This document shows, piece after piece, positions 40,011 to 53,175 of a stretch of 64,000 nt of DNA. The notes under the pieces are model-generated. The model worked only from the letters and a program-made list of their open reading frames with translations. It was not told the DNA's origin and did no database searches. Source of the stretch: Iphione sp. A-MEVVRFRX5 (taxonomy: Eukaryota); assembly GCA_976226885.1 (NCBI GenBank), contig OZ320315.1, positions 81,344,001 to 81,408,000 on the forward strand. The letters are read 5' to 3'. Within the stretch, counting starts at the first letter, position 1; the number at the start of each line of letters is the position of its first letter. Position numbers and translations under genes: made by a program.

Positions 40011-42083
40011 CGACCATCCCATCTTGGAATGGAAAAGGAGAGAGACATTGTCCTACCAACTAATTCTAGCAATTATTATAATATACTGTCTTTGTGTTTA
40101 GCCTTTGTCCTTAGTTACTGATCAAACCAAAAACGCCTGAAAGCTTTTAGAGTAATATAACAGGTTTCCGTCGAGATGTAGAAGAAAAATGAAACATTCT
40201 TATGTGCTAAAGGTGTACGGCTAAACGAAGAACAACACGATGACAATGTAAAATGTTTGAAGTCTTGGTGCAATTGCAACCAGGAAAAATTAAAAAATAT
40301 AAAAAAATATATCCACCGAATTCGGAACTATATTTCAGAGTCTACGAGTCAAGACAAGGGTCAGAGGGGTGTAGTGTAGACTGTATTCATTGAAAGGGAA
40401 CATGACATGCACGGTTCACCAAGCGTAAAACACTGATTTTGCCATGTTCACAACAACAACAGGAAGTCAAGGTCCAAACAAAACATGGTCAGTAGGGGTA
40501 ATTAAGCATTAAAAACCTAAGCGTATATGTCTGACTGTGAGAAGAGGAGTTCCTGTATATAAATCGGGATTGCTTACTCGAAATATGGGTACAGGCGTCC
40601 ATTAATCCTATTTCAGAATGGGTTGCGATTGCAAATGTAAAGAAAAGCCAGTTGTATAGAGCTTGCGGAACGTAGCCACGTGTCAGCCTTAACAGTCTGT
40701 ATCAAAGAACTTTTATACCTACGAGGCTGAATAACAGACGCGCTTCTGCTTGAAGCATATGGATCCACCTGGAATCTTGTATTTCAGGGAAGTTTACTTT
40801 CTCCAAAAGGTGGCTACGGATACAATTCATAATGTTGCGTACTGCATCTCTCAAATACTTGAGGAATTCAATACTGAAGCGTGGGGGTAACTCTGTGATC
40901 GCCATTGCTGTGTAATAAATTGCAATTAGAATCAATGGCATATTTGGCCCATTTAGGCTCACACATTCATGCTGTTGAGCTGCTGCAAATTTTCTGAGGT
41001 TTCACAGAATGTCTCTATGGTAAGAGTCGGCCCCATGGATGTGGCAGTGATGCGCAGAATCCCCTGTGAGAGTGGAAACAAAGCAACCGTGAGGGAACAC
41101 TTCAGAATTCATAAGGATGATGTTACTCACAACATTGGCATTGCACAGCATCAAACCATTTGTGCACAGCAAAACATGTGAAGCGGAAGGGAAATAGAAA
41201 TTTCCGGTCTGTTGTTTTTCTCTTTAACGCTAAGCCGCTATGCTGATGATTTTAGAGGCATACAGGATACTCGTGGACGGAAATGCACATGCCCATTTGA
41301 AGGCGCGGAACATCAGGTATTAGAAGTCCACAGATGTGTGCAGTAAGTTCTGAATCCAGATAAGTCGTATGAAACTCACATACATGTATAGAGGAATGAA
41401 GCACAGATTACATTCCCTCTATTTTGATCACAAATACGAATCGTAGTGTTGATGGGGTTGTTCATTGTTTAACAAAATAACATTCTGTTAGTCAGTATAG
41501 ATCTTAGACACAAAACCAAATGTAACTATGCAATATGTTTGAGACAACTGCAAAAGTCACATTCCACTATTGACAATACCTCTCTCCGTTCACTTAATAC
41601 CATATTAAACGTGTATTTCTCATATTAATTAAATTGCCCGATGAGGCAAAACCGTATCAGGAATGAATAAGCTTGGCTACTTTTGAAAATGCAACCAAGA
41701 CGACCTAGGGCGCTGTTGGATTAAACTTTCGCAATAAGACTCTGTGGAACATGGAACTGATCGTAACTCATTGATGCTAGGAATGTTAATTACGACACGG
41801 TAAGGAATCTCGCTCTTCGATGTCCCACGCCCATCGTTCCATTAGTGGTCCTAAACGTCTGGGAGTATCCCGTGAGGAACCCGTTGTGCATGGCAATAAC
41901 ATTTCTGGCTTGGGGGCCTTGGGCAAAGGAGGCATGATACTATATCTGCCTGATGAGAGTAGATCTAATTTCTCTGTCTGTAGGCGATGTTGCTGCAGTT
42001 GTGATCATGTGTGATTACTTGCCTTAAAACGTTCCAACTTGAGATGTTCTGGATAGGTCGATGGAGTCACAGTTACTACAAGT

Positions 42084-42271
42084 ATATGCCAGACTCTCGA
42101 TTGAGACACTTTTGATATGTTGTTTCTAGCAAAGAAATAAATGGCGACACACTGATATCATCTCACATATAACCATATATGCCAGACACACGATTGAGAC
42201 ACTTTTGATATGTTGTTTCTAGCAAAGAAATAAATGGTGACACACTGATATCACATCACATATAACCATAT
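42084..42271. repeat. Two-copy 93-bp tandem duplication
   Basis: ATATGCCAGAC...CACATATAACCATAT repeated at 42084 and 42177 with few differences. Confidence 0.95.
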
Positions 42272-42820
42272 TCTATTATCTGTGGACTTGAAATTACCTC
42301 TTGTATATCTGGAGTTATACTAAACAATTACACCCATTTGAAACTTATTTTTTCTTACTGTATAATTGAATAGTTGATATCACTCCTGAAAGCAGAAGCT
42401 ACTCCAATTCATGTGAGCGGTTGCCTCTACCGAACCCTGTCTGATTATGCTATGTGTACAGTGGAGTCTGTATTTACGACCATATCATTTTGCGACCATT
42501 CTCTATTTCAGACCACTTCAGATGGGTCCCATAATGCTGATTCCTCAACATTTGATACTCTATTTACGAACAAATTTGCCAATACGACCATTTCAGCTTG
42601 TTCCCAAGGAGTGGTCGTAAATAGAGACTCCACTGTATATATATATATACAACCACATAATCAACATTACATGCGTACTACGGCCTATCTAAATCAACCC
42701 AATTTCTACCAAACAGTATTAGGTCTCTTCTTGTACACACTGGATTCGACATTAAAGACATATCCACTTCATACCCTCATTAAGAAAGTACAGTGCGATG
42801 AGAATCGGAAGGGGGACTTT

Positions 42821-45800
42821 TTCAATTCAATTTCAATTTCAATTCTTTTATTAACCATAGTCTTCGTTCCCGATACAAAGTTTTCCTGGTTAATAACAAC
42901 ATATGTACAATAGAGACACGCCCATGAAAGTGTGACAGTCATTATTAGTTATACAAAGGCAGACAGACCATAATTGGAACAGCAGCTACAAGTTATTCAT
43001 GTACACACATAAAGACATAGAGGCATTAGTCGTACCTCATTGTCAAACGTCACTCTCGCACAGACATACAGGCAAAAATGCAGTATCAACATTACTTCAC
43101 CAGCCAGTATAGTATTATCTCCTTAGAGTTTGCTTATGGGAATGCCGAACAGCGCGATGGTCACCTCTATATAGCAGATGTGCAGCACTAGTAAAAACTA
43201 GCGGTGATACATAGGCATTGTGCTCCATTCGCATATACAATACTCATCAAAAAACTCCTTCCACTCCACAAGGTTGCACATATAACACACACTGCTATTC
43301 AACATATCACTATGTTATGACTTGCTGCGAAAGTTTTAAGTAGATATCTGCAGTGTATACTAGCATATCCGGCACCCACCTGGCTCATACACACAATCTG
43401 ATTAGATATGTCAATCATCCACCCTGCTAGTAAGGCGATCGGCGCGTATTCTACGCCGACAAGCAAAATGTATAGCTCTTAAATCACGTCGACACCTGTA
43501 CACTGACATATCAGGCAATGTAAATCCACACTACCAGCACGGACCTCTGTGACCTGTAGCCTAGTCATGCCATACTTTGCTGTCACCCAGTCCTGCTGTC
43601 TAGCCAACCACCACCGTCCTCTTCCGGCTCCTGTGAGGTCCAAAGGATGTCATTAATTGTCTGTCCCCCTAATCTGTCACTTAGTTAGTCACCCCCTAAC
43701 TGTCCAGTAACCCCCTACCTGTCCAGTACCCATGCGTATGAAGTCTAAGGTCAAGACCTTCAGTCGTTCATAGTTCAACCAGTCAGACTGAGCATTCCCG
43801 AGTCTCGTTTTCCATCTATCGGAGCCTACCAGTTTTTTGGCCACGTCTTTTTCCTCAGTCGGTGAGTCCTTCGCCGCGGTCGGTAGCGAGTTCCACTCCA
43901 CTGCAGCCCTGTAGGTCAAACTCCTCGCGAATAACGTGCTCTGTGGCCTTGGTACCTTTACCCTAAGTGAGGTCCCCCCCCTAGTCTTCGAGCGAGGGTC
44001 CCTAGGGAGTAGGTTTAGGTGAACCATCCTATGGATTGCCCTGATAGCCTTCATTTCACACAGATCATCAACCCTCCAGATGTTGTACCGTCTCGCAAGT
44101 TGAGTAGCTGATTGGGCCCGATTGGTCACAGCTGCCACTCTTAGACATCGGTTGACATGTATCTGCAGTTTGATGCAATCAGACTTGGCTGCCCCATAGA
44201 TCAAAGCACCAACATATTGCAGATGGGGCATCACTAGTGCTTTGAAGAGTTTACATCGCAGATCAAGTGGGAGCATGGCCTTCACTCTCCCTAATTTTAA
44301 GGCAGCCACCCACATCTTGGCCTTTACATCCTTTATTAGATGTTTAAGACGCAGTTGTGGGTCTAGTGTGAAACCAAGCAGTTTCATCTTGCTGACTGCG
44401 TTCAGTGTTACACCCTCTAGCTGTATATTGAGGGATGTATTCGCACCCTTGCCCAATACCATGTACGCACACTTCTCAACACTTACGAGTAGACCTACTT
44501 GTTTGCACCAAGTGGCCACCCTGTTCGCGTCCAACTGAGTGATGCCACGCAGACGCAATAGGTCTGTTGCAGTTGTCACGATGGTTAAGTCGTCCGCGTA
44601 CATGGTCACGTCAGCACCAGGTGGCATGCGATCCACCACCTCGTCCATCACGATGGCAAATGCACTTGGTCCAAAGACAGAGCCTTGTGGAACCCCGTGC
44701 TTGACGTCCCGCATTCCTGAATCAATCCCGTGGCACCGCACATATTGCTTCCGCCCAGTGAAATAGTCAGTCACCAGACGTCTGACTCTAGCACTGGCGC
44801 CTGCCACGGTTAATCTGCGTAGCACAACTTGTGTGGACACCAGGTCGAATGCTTTTCGTAGGTCTAGGGCCAGCAGACAGCAGTATAATCCCACATTCAG
44901 CGATTGTTGTACCTTGTTGACCAGTTTTACAATCGCTGTCTTAGTGCTGCGGCTGGCCCTAAAACCATGTTGCACTCTGCTAAGGAAATTCCTTGCTTCC
45001 AGATGATGCATTAGATCCCTCACGAACCATGTCTCAAAGACCTTGCCCGGGAGGGGCAGGATAGAGACCGGTCGATAGTTGCTCAACTTGTCTGTATCAT
45101 CCTTTTTGTGAACTGGTGTCACTCTCGCAATCTTCCATTGGTCCGGATATATACCCGTCCTTATGATCGTTGTGAAGAGCAACGCAAAGAAATCAAGTGT
45201 TAGCAACATCAGCGGTTTAAGCACCCTTGTTGGGATGGCAGAGAGGCCAGACGCCTTCTTTAATTGTTGCTTAGCAACAATCGATCTGTGAGACTCAGGC
45301 GAGGCTGCCCTAATCTCGAACAGTGGACGCGTGCAGGTTGGTGCTAGTGCATCCTTTGCCGGGGGAACAGCAATGCGTTCCACCTCTTCAACAAAGTAGC
45401 TGTTGAAGTCGTCAGACAATGTTGCATCATTAACCAACACTCCTGATGGTAATTTCTCTCCAGCTTGAGTTCTGCCTAGGAGATCATTAATTACCTCCCA
45501 GGATTTTGCTGAGTTATTCCCAGCACTCCGGAACCGGTCCGCCCAGTGTTGACATCTAGTGGCTTTAACGGCTAATTTAACCATGACATTCAGGTATCTG
45601 AAGATGCGCCTTGCATCCTTGTCTCCCCATTCCTTCCACTTCTTAAAGAAGTAGCATCGGTCCACTATCAGATTTATCGTCCCTTCATCAAGGGTCAGGC
45701 CATCAAGCCGTGACACCACCTTCCATACTGAGATTGGACACATTTCATCAAGCATCTCAGTTACTGCAGAGCTGAAGTCATTCCAGCTTTGGTTCGGATC

Positions 45801-46600
45801 GTCGCCGATGTCGATGTTACACTCTTGTAACTTCTCTGCCAGGAGGTGTACATCCGCCTTGGACCACTGACGACATTTCTTGAAATGCGCCCGACGCTTA
45901 CCACACCCCTTCTTAAAACGGAAGCACAACCGGCCTGTGATCACTGATGAAACAGTCTGGATAAAGGACCTCATGATGAGCTCCATAATTCACCCAAATG
46001 TGGTCGAGGCATCTGTGTGTCTCCACCATGGTGGGCCGGTTTACCACCTGGGTTAGTCCGCGGCCCGACAGTAGTTCTGTCAAGCTGTGGCTCACTCTCT
46101 CATGGCAGCGAAAATCATAATTCATGTCACCCAAAAGAGCGATGTCGCATCGTCGTTGCTTCAAGATTTTGTCTGTTGCTGTCTCTAAGGCTTTTGCAGT
46201 CCGTCAGGCGGTCGTGCGGTGGTCGGTAGATTGCCAGCAGGTAATGTGGGCGTCGCTTCCCAGCTTTCACCCTCACCCCTAGCATCTCACAGAGGCTTTC
46301 TGTCTGGGATAGTGTGTCCACCTCAAGCACGTCTATGTTATTCTTTATGTAGAACACGATCCCACCCCCCCTCTTTTTGTCTTCTGCCTTCCTGTCACGT
46401 CTAATAGTCTTGTAACCCGGAATGGCAATCTCGCCATCCGAGTGCGTGTCGTTTAGCCAACTCTCCATGATCACAGCAATGTCAATGCTCATGTCTCGTA
46501 CTAACTCAGTCAAATCCCCAACTTTCTTTGATAAGCTACATATGTTCAGTAGCATTATGTTTAGAACCCCCATTGGTTCCAAAATGTATCACCAGATGAT
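42821..46600 (-). mobile_element. CR1/L2-group LINE (APE + RT), near-intact ORF2, no ORF1 seen
   Basis: APE and RT reading frames, a ~840-nt 3' UTR, AATAAA on minus at 42847-42852 and an (ATTGAA/TTGAA)n tail at 42821-42845. Confidence 0.92.
43689..46573 (-). pseudogene. LINE ORF2: apurinic endonuclease + reverse transcriptase, two frameshifts in the APE region
   Basis: APE: NICSL, ESWL, YRPP, GDMN, LDHI, SDH. RT: YRPVSILP, QHGFR, LDLRKAFD, GVPQGSVFGP, YADD. C-terminus: WNSLP. ATG at 46573 is preceded by an in-frame stop. Frameshifts lie near 46192 (T4 run) and ~45920. The 765-codon RT frame is open. Confidence 0.9.
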
Positions 46601-46720
46601 GAATGATGGTAGGTGTGCCACAGTTTGATCCAGGCGCAGTCAACATTAGTTTTTGTCTTTAACCTTAAGTTTCCTTCTGTGCCGTATACCAAGGACAATT
46701 AGGACAGACAAGTAACGCAA

Positions 46721-46898
46721 GATTATCACGGCTCAAAGAAGAGTTTAATGCAATTTAGTAACTTTATCGGATACTTGTAAGCATATGTTAGTAGACAACC
46801 CTCTCATCAAGTCTGTGATTATCATGGCTCAAAGAACAGTCTAATGCAATTTAGTTACTTTATCGGATACTTGTAAGCGTAAAATAGTAGACAACCCT
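46721..46898. repeat. Two-copy tandem duplication (82-bp copies, 96-bp period) between the two LINE 5' ends
   Basis: GATTATCAYGGCTCAAAGAA...GTAGACAACCCT at 46721-46802 and 46817-46898. Confidence 0.95.
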
Positions 46899-46925
46899 TT
46901 TTGAAACCTGTAAATATATTCTCCA

Positions 46926-49795
46926 ATGGGTAAAAACAAGCTGAACACAGGTACCCTCAAAAACTTTTATATTAATATACGTAGTATGATAAATAAATTT
47001 GATCTCTTAAAATTTTACATACTTGCAGGGAACTATGACCTTATCATCTTAATGGAAACGTGGCTACATAAGGATATTTTGGATGGACTGTTAGACATCG
47101 ACGGGTACAATTTGACACGACTAGATAGGTCAATACTTAACAAGTCAAAGAAAATAAAAAAAGGGGGCGGTGTTTGCTGTTACTCTAAAACAAACATAAT
47201 TATCAACGATGAAATATATAAAGATTTTGTTGAGACTACACCAAATCATGAATGTTTATGGCTTCCCATAGAGGGAGAACTCAATCACTGTGTTGGAATT
47301 TTATATCGCCCACCGAATGGTAAAGTAACTGAAACGTTGAAGTATCTGTCTGACTGTCTATCTAAATTATAACTAGAATTTGGAAACTATATAATTCTCA
47401 TTGGAGACTTCAATATTGATTATAATAGCAACGATAAAATAAATCTGACCTGCTGGATTTTGAGACTAGATATGCATTGACACAGATAATCAAATTCCCA
47501 ACCAGAGTCATTTAACACACTCACTTATTGACCATGTATATATTAAGACAGAAATGAGATTAACTGCCAAACCAATGAAAGTTCATCTTAGCAATCACCA
47601 TGGCATGGTCCTAACTGGCACAGTAACCAAGCAGATAAAGTACAATACTAAGTAGAGAGAATTCCGTCCATGGTCGAACAGCATATTGACCAGATGTCTG
47701 GATCAACTAAATAAAGCTTTATGCGATGTATTCTTTGAAAGTGAAAATGTAGAATTCCTATGGCATTATCTGAAAATTACCCTTAAAGATGTGCTAGACT
47801 CGTGTTGTCCAATTAGAAAGAAACTAGTGAAGCAATATAGTGTTCCATGGATAACAAGTGAAATTGTGACAATAATTAACAGGAAACACAAATTCTTAAG
47901 ATTATACTATAAAACAAAAGAGATGAAATACCTATCACTAGCCAATAAAACAAATAATGTGATCAAATCTTTATTAAGATCTAAGAAGTCAAAACATTTT
48001 GAAAGGATAATTGAAAATAGTTCTAGCCCATGGAAGTATTGGAAACATTTAAACCAGTTGTTTAAGATTAGAGATAAAAAGGAATGTAAAATCATTATTA
48101 TGGTCAGTAGTGGAACTAAACTTTCAGAGGAGGAATCATGTAATTTTATTAATTCCTATTTTGCCAACATTGGCAGTAAGCAACTAGGGCAAACGTTCAA
48201 GAATAGTCAACCTGACATACTGGAAGAGCCAGAGACAATGCATCAGAATTTGCTGATACAACTTTGTAGTGAAAACGAAATTAAACAGGCTCTAAAGGAA
48301 ATAAACATACACAAACCATCGGGCCTAACGTGGTGTAATAATAAAATATTGAAAGAATTACTTCAGAATTTGACAGAACAATTAAGACACCTTATAAATG
48401 TGTCTCTGAGAACAGGAACAGTTCCAGCAGATTGGAAGACTGGGCTTAGTACCCCCCTTTTCAAAAAGGGAGACAGGAAAGAAGCAGGGAATTATAGACC
48501 AATCACTATATTACCAACATTTTCTAAAATAGTCGAAAGGATAATACATACAAGGATTTATAATTATCTGGAGGAGCAAAATCTTTTGAATACAATGCAG
48601 TTTGGATTAGAAGGGGAAAATCAACAATGAAAGCAATAATGACTGTCACTGATTAAATATATGAGAATATCAACAATGGGCTATTGTCAGGCATGGTACT
48701 AGTTGACTATGCCAAAGCATTCGACGGCGTAGATCACTCGATAATCTTGGATAAACTACAACGCTATGGCCTTGAGGCCTACAGAAAATGGTTGGAAAAT
48801 TACCTGTCTAACTGGACACAAAGAACAAAGGCAAACGGCTATATATCAGAATATGCACATGTGACAACAGGGGTACCCCAGGGAAGTATTCTGGGGCCCC
48901 TGTTGTTCCTGATATATATTAACGATTCCTTTAATGCTATCAAATCGGCCAATTGTATTCTATATGCAGATGATACACTAATTTTGGCAAGGGGAGAAAA
49001 ACCGGATACTATAAACAACATCTTACAGACTGAGCTACTTAACCTACAAACTTGGTGTCAGCATAACCGGCTGAAAATTAATCCATCTAAGTCAGAAGTA
49101 ATTATTTTTTGTAGTAAAAACAATAAGTTTAGCAAATCAAAGTTAGACTTGAAACTGGATGGACAAACAATCAAGAATGTTGATACAGTGAAATACCTGG
49201 GAGTAAGATTAGATAAACACATGAATCAGAAGTTACAAATTGAGAGCATAATAAATAAAATTAGGCCCTTAATATATATGTTCCGGAAAACACGACATAT
49301 GATGAGTGTTGCTACTGCACTCCAGATATTCAAAGCATTTATAATTCCACATGTCGAATATGGTGCCATACTGCTTAATAAGAGAAATGATAGTAACTTT
49401 CATAAGCTACTAAGAACAGTGGATAGGGCCATACAGATATGCTTCAAGGACTGGACAAGCAAGATACATGACTTGTATGATAAAGCAAAAATTCCGACTC
49501 TTGAGCTATGCCTAGATTATCACTCAGCAATATTAGCAATAAATGAGGGTATCAATGGTGAAGATCAATACCAAAATAAGGGAAATACTCGACAAGCTAA
49601 TAAACTATCAATCAGATGCCCCAAACCTAAAAGAGAGGTATATAAACAATCATGCAAATTTAACATGATAAGAATCTGGAACGATCTCCCCCTCCACCTG
49701 AAGATTAGACCACTACCAAAAGATAGTGTACTTAATTCAGATTAAAGAAACACTTCCTATCCAAATTCCGGAAAGAAAATTGGAGGGTACCCTAA
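46926..49795 (+). pseudogene. LINE ORF2 with stops and frameshifts
   Basis: APE: NIRS, ETWL, YRPP, GDFN (after the stop at 47372). RT: YRPITILP, QFG then frameshift at ~48605 (restores xRRGKST), VDYAKAFD, GVPQGSILGP, YADD, WNDLP. A frameshift at ~49735 gives the typical end FRLKKHFLSK...* at 49795. Confidence 0.9.
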
Positions 49796-50220
49796 TATGG
49801 CTATTAAAAATAGAAGGGAAGGACCAAAAACTTGACCAACCTTATGTCCCTGGACTTGAGCACAAACATCATATGGGTAGTCGGGTTAAGTGCAATATTC
49901 TGCATAATCCAATAGCATAATCCAAATATGCTCTTTTTCTACCATCAATCCCCTCCTCACATGTCCTATATACTCATCACCCGATCTCAAACCATGTCAT
50001 CATCATAACCCGCTAATACCACTAAACACAGTATTAAGGGCATTGTATGTCGATCAGCGCTCATCGTAATAGACAATTTGTACCCAATGATTGTATTAGA
50101 TAATACTTATGTTATATTCATCATTACTGTTATGAAGCGAATCAATACCTGGACATGTAATGGCCTTGAGCCTCCTTCAACTCCAGCGAAAATAAATGTT
50201 ATAAAAAAAAATTAAAAAAA
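46926..50220 (+). mobile_element. AT-rich CR1/L2-group LINE (APE + RT), disrupted
   Basis: APE-RT fragments on plus; ~400-nt 3' UTR; AATAAA at 50191-50196 and an A-rich tail to 50220. Confidence 0.92.
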
Positions 50221-50221
50221 C

Positions 50222-50700
50222 TGCACCGGGATTTGGGGTAGCGAGTGTTTGAGAAATGGCATGTTACGCCTCGGGATCTGCTGAGCTAACCTGCTGTTCT
50301 GGTGCAAATGGCCTCGGCGGTGTATAAATGTGCTGTATGGTAATATATGTTTGTAGTAGATAAGATGTACTGTTGCTTATCGGGGACAGGCGTGGGAGCC
50401 CGTCAATTATATGTGTGAGAGTGAATGTGTTCTTCAATCCAACCGTTACATATGCCCAAAGGATCGCGTTGTCGGGGCATATGGTGGCACGTCTGGGGCT
50501 CGCTTGGCGGAGGTGTAAAATAAAGAAGCGTAGGTCCTGGTCTCTGTGAGTCCACGTGAGGACTTCCATACAAGTGGCCCTCTGTTCAAATGCCTGTCCT
50601 CTGCACTCGCCGGGGATGGGGAGGATTGGTACGGCTAAACGCTGCTCTTCTGCCCATGCCTGTGCAGCTACTGATAGATAATTAGTTCCGCCGAATTGAA
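50222..50700 (-). mobile_element. Decayed APE endonuclease fragment of an older LINE
   Basis: Minus frame reads VAAQ...PIPG...VLTWTHRDQDLRF...ITIQHIYTPP (cf. AxQE...IPGY...GGVL...IxNIYxPP). It ends at the poly-A tail of the plus-strand LINE. Confidence 0.3.
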
Positions 50701-53124
50701 AGTTGTTTTTGGTGGTAGTTGGATGGAGTAGGTGCTAGTTAACTTAGCTGATGTCTTTGTTCCACGGGCCTAGCCTGTCCGGTGTTCCTGAGATTGTCTG
50801 GTGAGTTGTCCGTCTCTGTTCTGGACACTGATGTAGTGGAATGTAATACTGGTTGTGCATACATGGCATGGTGGTGGTGGCGGTAAGGCATGGTGGGTAA
50901 GAATTAAATGACTTCAGAGAAGTACGGCCTTCTAATGATAGATGGAGATTAATACTTTCGGGGACCACGTAGAAGACCAAGCTTGGGACTGACGAATGTT
51001 AGTCAGGTCTTTGCGATCTGGACTGGGGGCCTCTACTGTAGCACTCTGAATGGGGGTTCCTTGCTAAACGTATGGTTATTTTGGTGAATATTGATGGGAA
51101 GTACAACTAAATAGTGCGTGTGAATTTCGCAGTTTCACATTTATCATTTCATCATATCAGAGAGAAAGGCTTCGGGTGGTAATCCTGTATATACATTTTG
51201 GAGAAAATGTTATGATTGAATGAAATCCCAATGAGACTATTAAATTTTAAGCAATTAGAAGTTGACCAAATGTTGCTATGTTGGTGTAACTTTTCAAAAT
51301 GTGTTTGTTTTGTGTATATTGAAAGTATGCACTTTATATCACTTGCTTTTTTATTTGCCTTTTCTGATTGTCAGCCCACACTTTCCACACGCTTCATACC
51401 CAAACACTGAGCCACAACCAACCTATTATATTAACATTTAATTCCCTGTTTCTGGAGGATCCCATTTCTCAATGGGAACACTTATTTTATTATCCCAACC
51501 TAATTATTACTGATATTTCGACTGCGGGAGTACATCCTGCATATCATTTAGACAAAGACACATTAGTGATATTTAGATCGTGAAATATGACCAAAAAGTA
51601 ATGTAAAACTGCAGATTGGATTTCGCCTAGGTTAAAACGTTGCCACCTGTCTTGAAAGAGCCTTGGTTTTGGCATCGTGGATCACATGTGGGAAACCCTT
51701 CCGAGTATTCCTTTTACATAGCCTTAAGTGTTATTAATGGATATCATGAGTAAATGGCTGCAGCTGAAAGCAATATGCGTCATGCATAATTCTTAATGAT
51801 GCATCATGGCTGACATAACCTTTTAGCGAATGACACACTGTTTACTCCGGTGTATATAGCAGGTTCATTACGTGGGCGTTTCTTTTTAAAGAGTCTTGCG
51901 TGCCAAATGCACTTCAGTTATAACCAGCAATTTGTGTCGACCAATGCGCTACTCGTAACCTGTTTAAACAGTTGTTCTCTAAGATGTACAGTTCTTTCAA
52001 GGTTACAAAGCCGCTAAAATTCAGTACAGTATAACTATACTTATACTCCGTCGAAAGTAATATAAAATCATGGTGGCATATTTTTCATCAACGTAACGGA
52101 TGGTTTACTCTGTGAAATGCTTTTACCATTAAAAGGTTTGCTAGGGTTATAAATGTTTTAGTATACTACAAAGTAATTTTACTGCGTTAAGTGTACTTAT
52201 TTTGCTAATGGATAATAGGACTAATCTAATTCTATAGTCTATGAATAAATTTACTGGCTTAAAACGCTACTTTTCTTTATCATTCCACAGTTGTTCTCTT
52301 TATCCACCATAGATGCTCTTCAGACATAAGTAATTGTTCCAGATCGCATGGAGGCAGTCCAGAGTTATCCCTGTCAAGAGCATTATCATTTCTCCAATCG
52401 ACGGATACAATTTTTCAGATTATATGTGGTGATAACCTACTGAGGACATGGCTTCCCCTTCTCCAAGCCCTAAGCCTTGGAGATATGCTGTGCACTGCTT
52501 TGTGCGATGCCGCAGCTCTGTTTAGGCTCGAATGATTGTAGGATAGGAGCTAGAGTGATTGGTAGGAAGAAGCACGACTACGTGGGTTTTTTATCTCGAT
52601 CCTATTAAGGCTTGACTCGTGCGACACAAGACCCATTTGTTTCCTTGTTACTGTTATTTTTAACCATTCGGGGAAATTGCAAAACGTCGGAACGGGTATT
52701 ACACCTTAGGGGCAGCAATGGGACGTTTCTTGGGATGCCACAATTATTTGCTGTTCATCGCAAACACATTTCTGGTTGACAGACTGGAATTCATCTGGTT
52801 TTACTTCTCTGCGAGTCCGACCCAGTTGACCGATTACTTTGCTACGAGAGGTGTACTATGTTATTACCAGGTAGCGACAGGTTTTCACATATCATCCACG
52901 CTTCAGGCTGATGTGATGTAATTTAGATTGCTTATGTGGCAGCCACGTGTGTTATGTAGAGTTATGGCCCCTTCAACATCCTGCGACTTTTACTCGTGGT
53001 CGTCAACGCGACCAGTCTGATACTGGTGCACCCGCGTCTCTGCAAGGATGGTGGTTATCTTTTTAAGCAGTACCGTGTGACTTGTGCTTTTTAATTTGAA
53101 TTTGATGGTCTCCTTTTCTCCAGA

Positions 53125-53126
<2 letters not shown>

Positions 53127-53172
<46 letters not shown>
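53127..53172. repeat. (CT)n microsatellite
   Basis: About 23 CT units. Confidence 0.97.

Positions 53173-53175
<3 letters not shown>

Noticed and set aside
41637-41665. Degenerate Penelope-type minimal hammerhead (CCGATGAGGCAAAACCGTATC)
   Set aside because: At least four core mismatches, and no adjacent Penelope RT/GIY-YIG or repeat partner.
42374-42913. 179-aa plus-strand ORF
   Set aside because: Runs through the antisense tail and 3' UTR of the minus LINE; no domain; AT-rich chance ORF.
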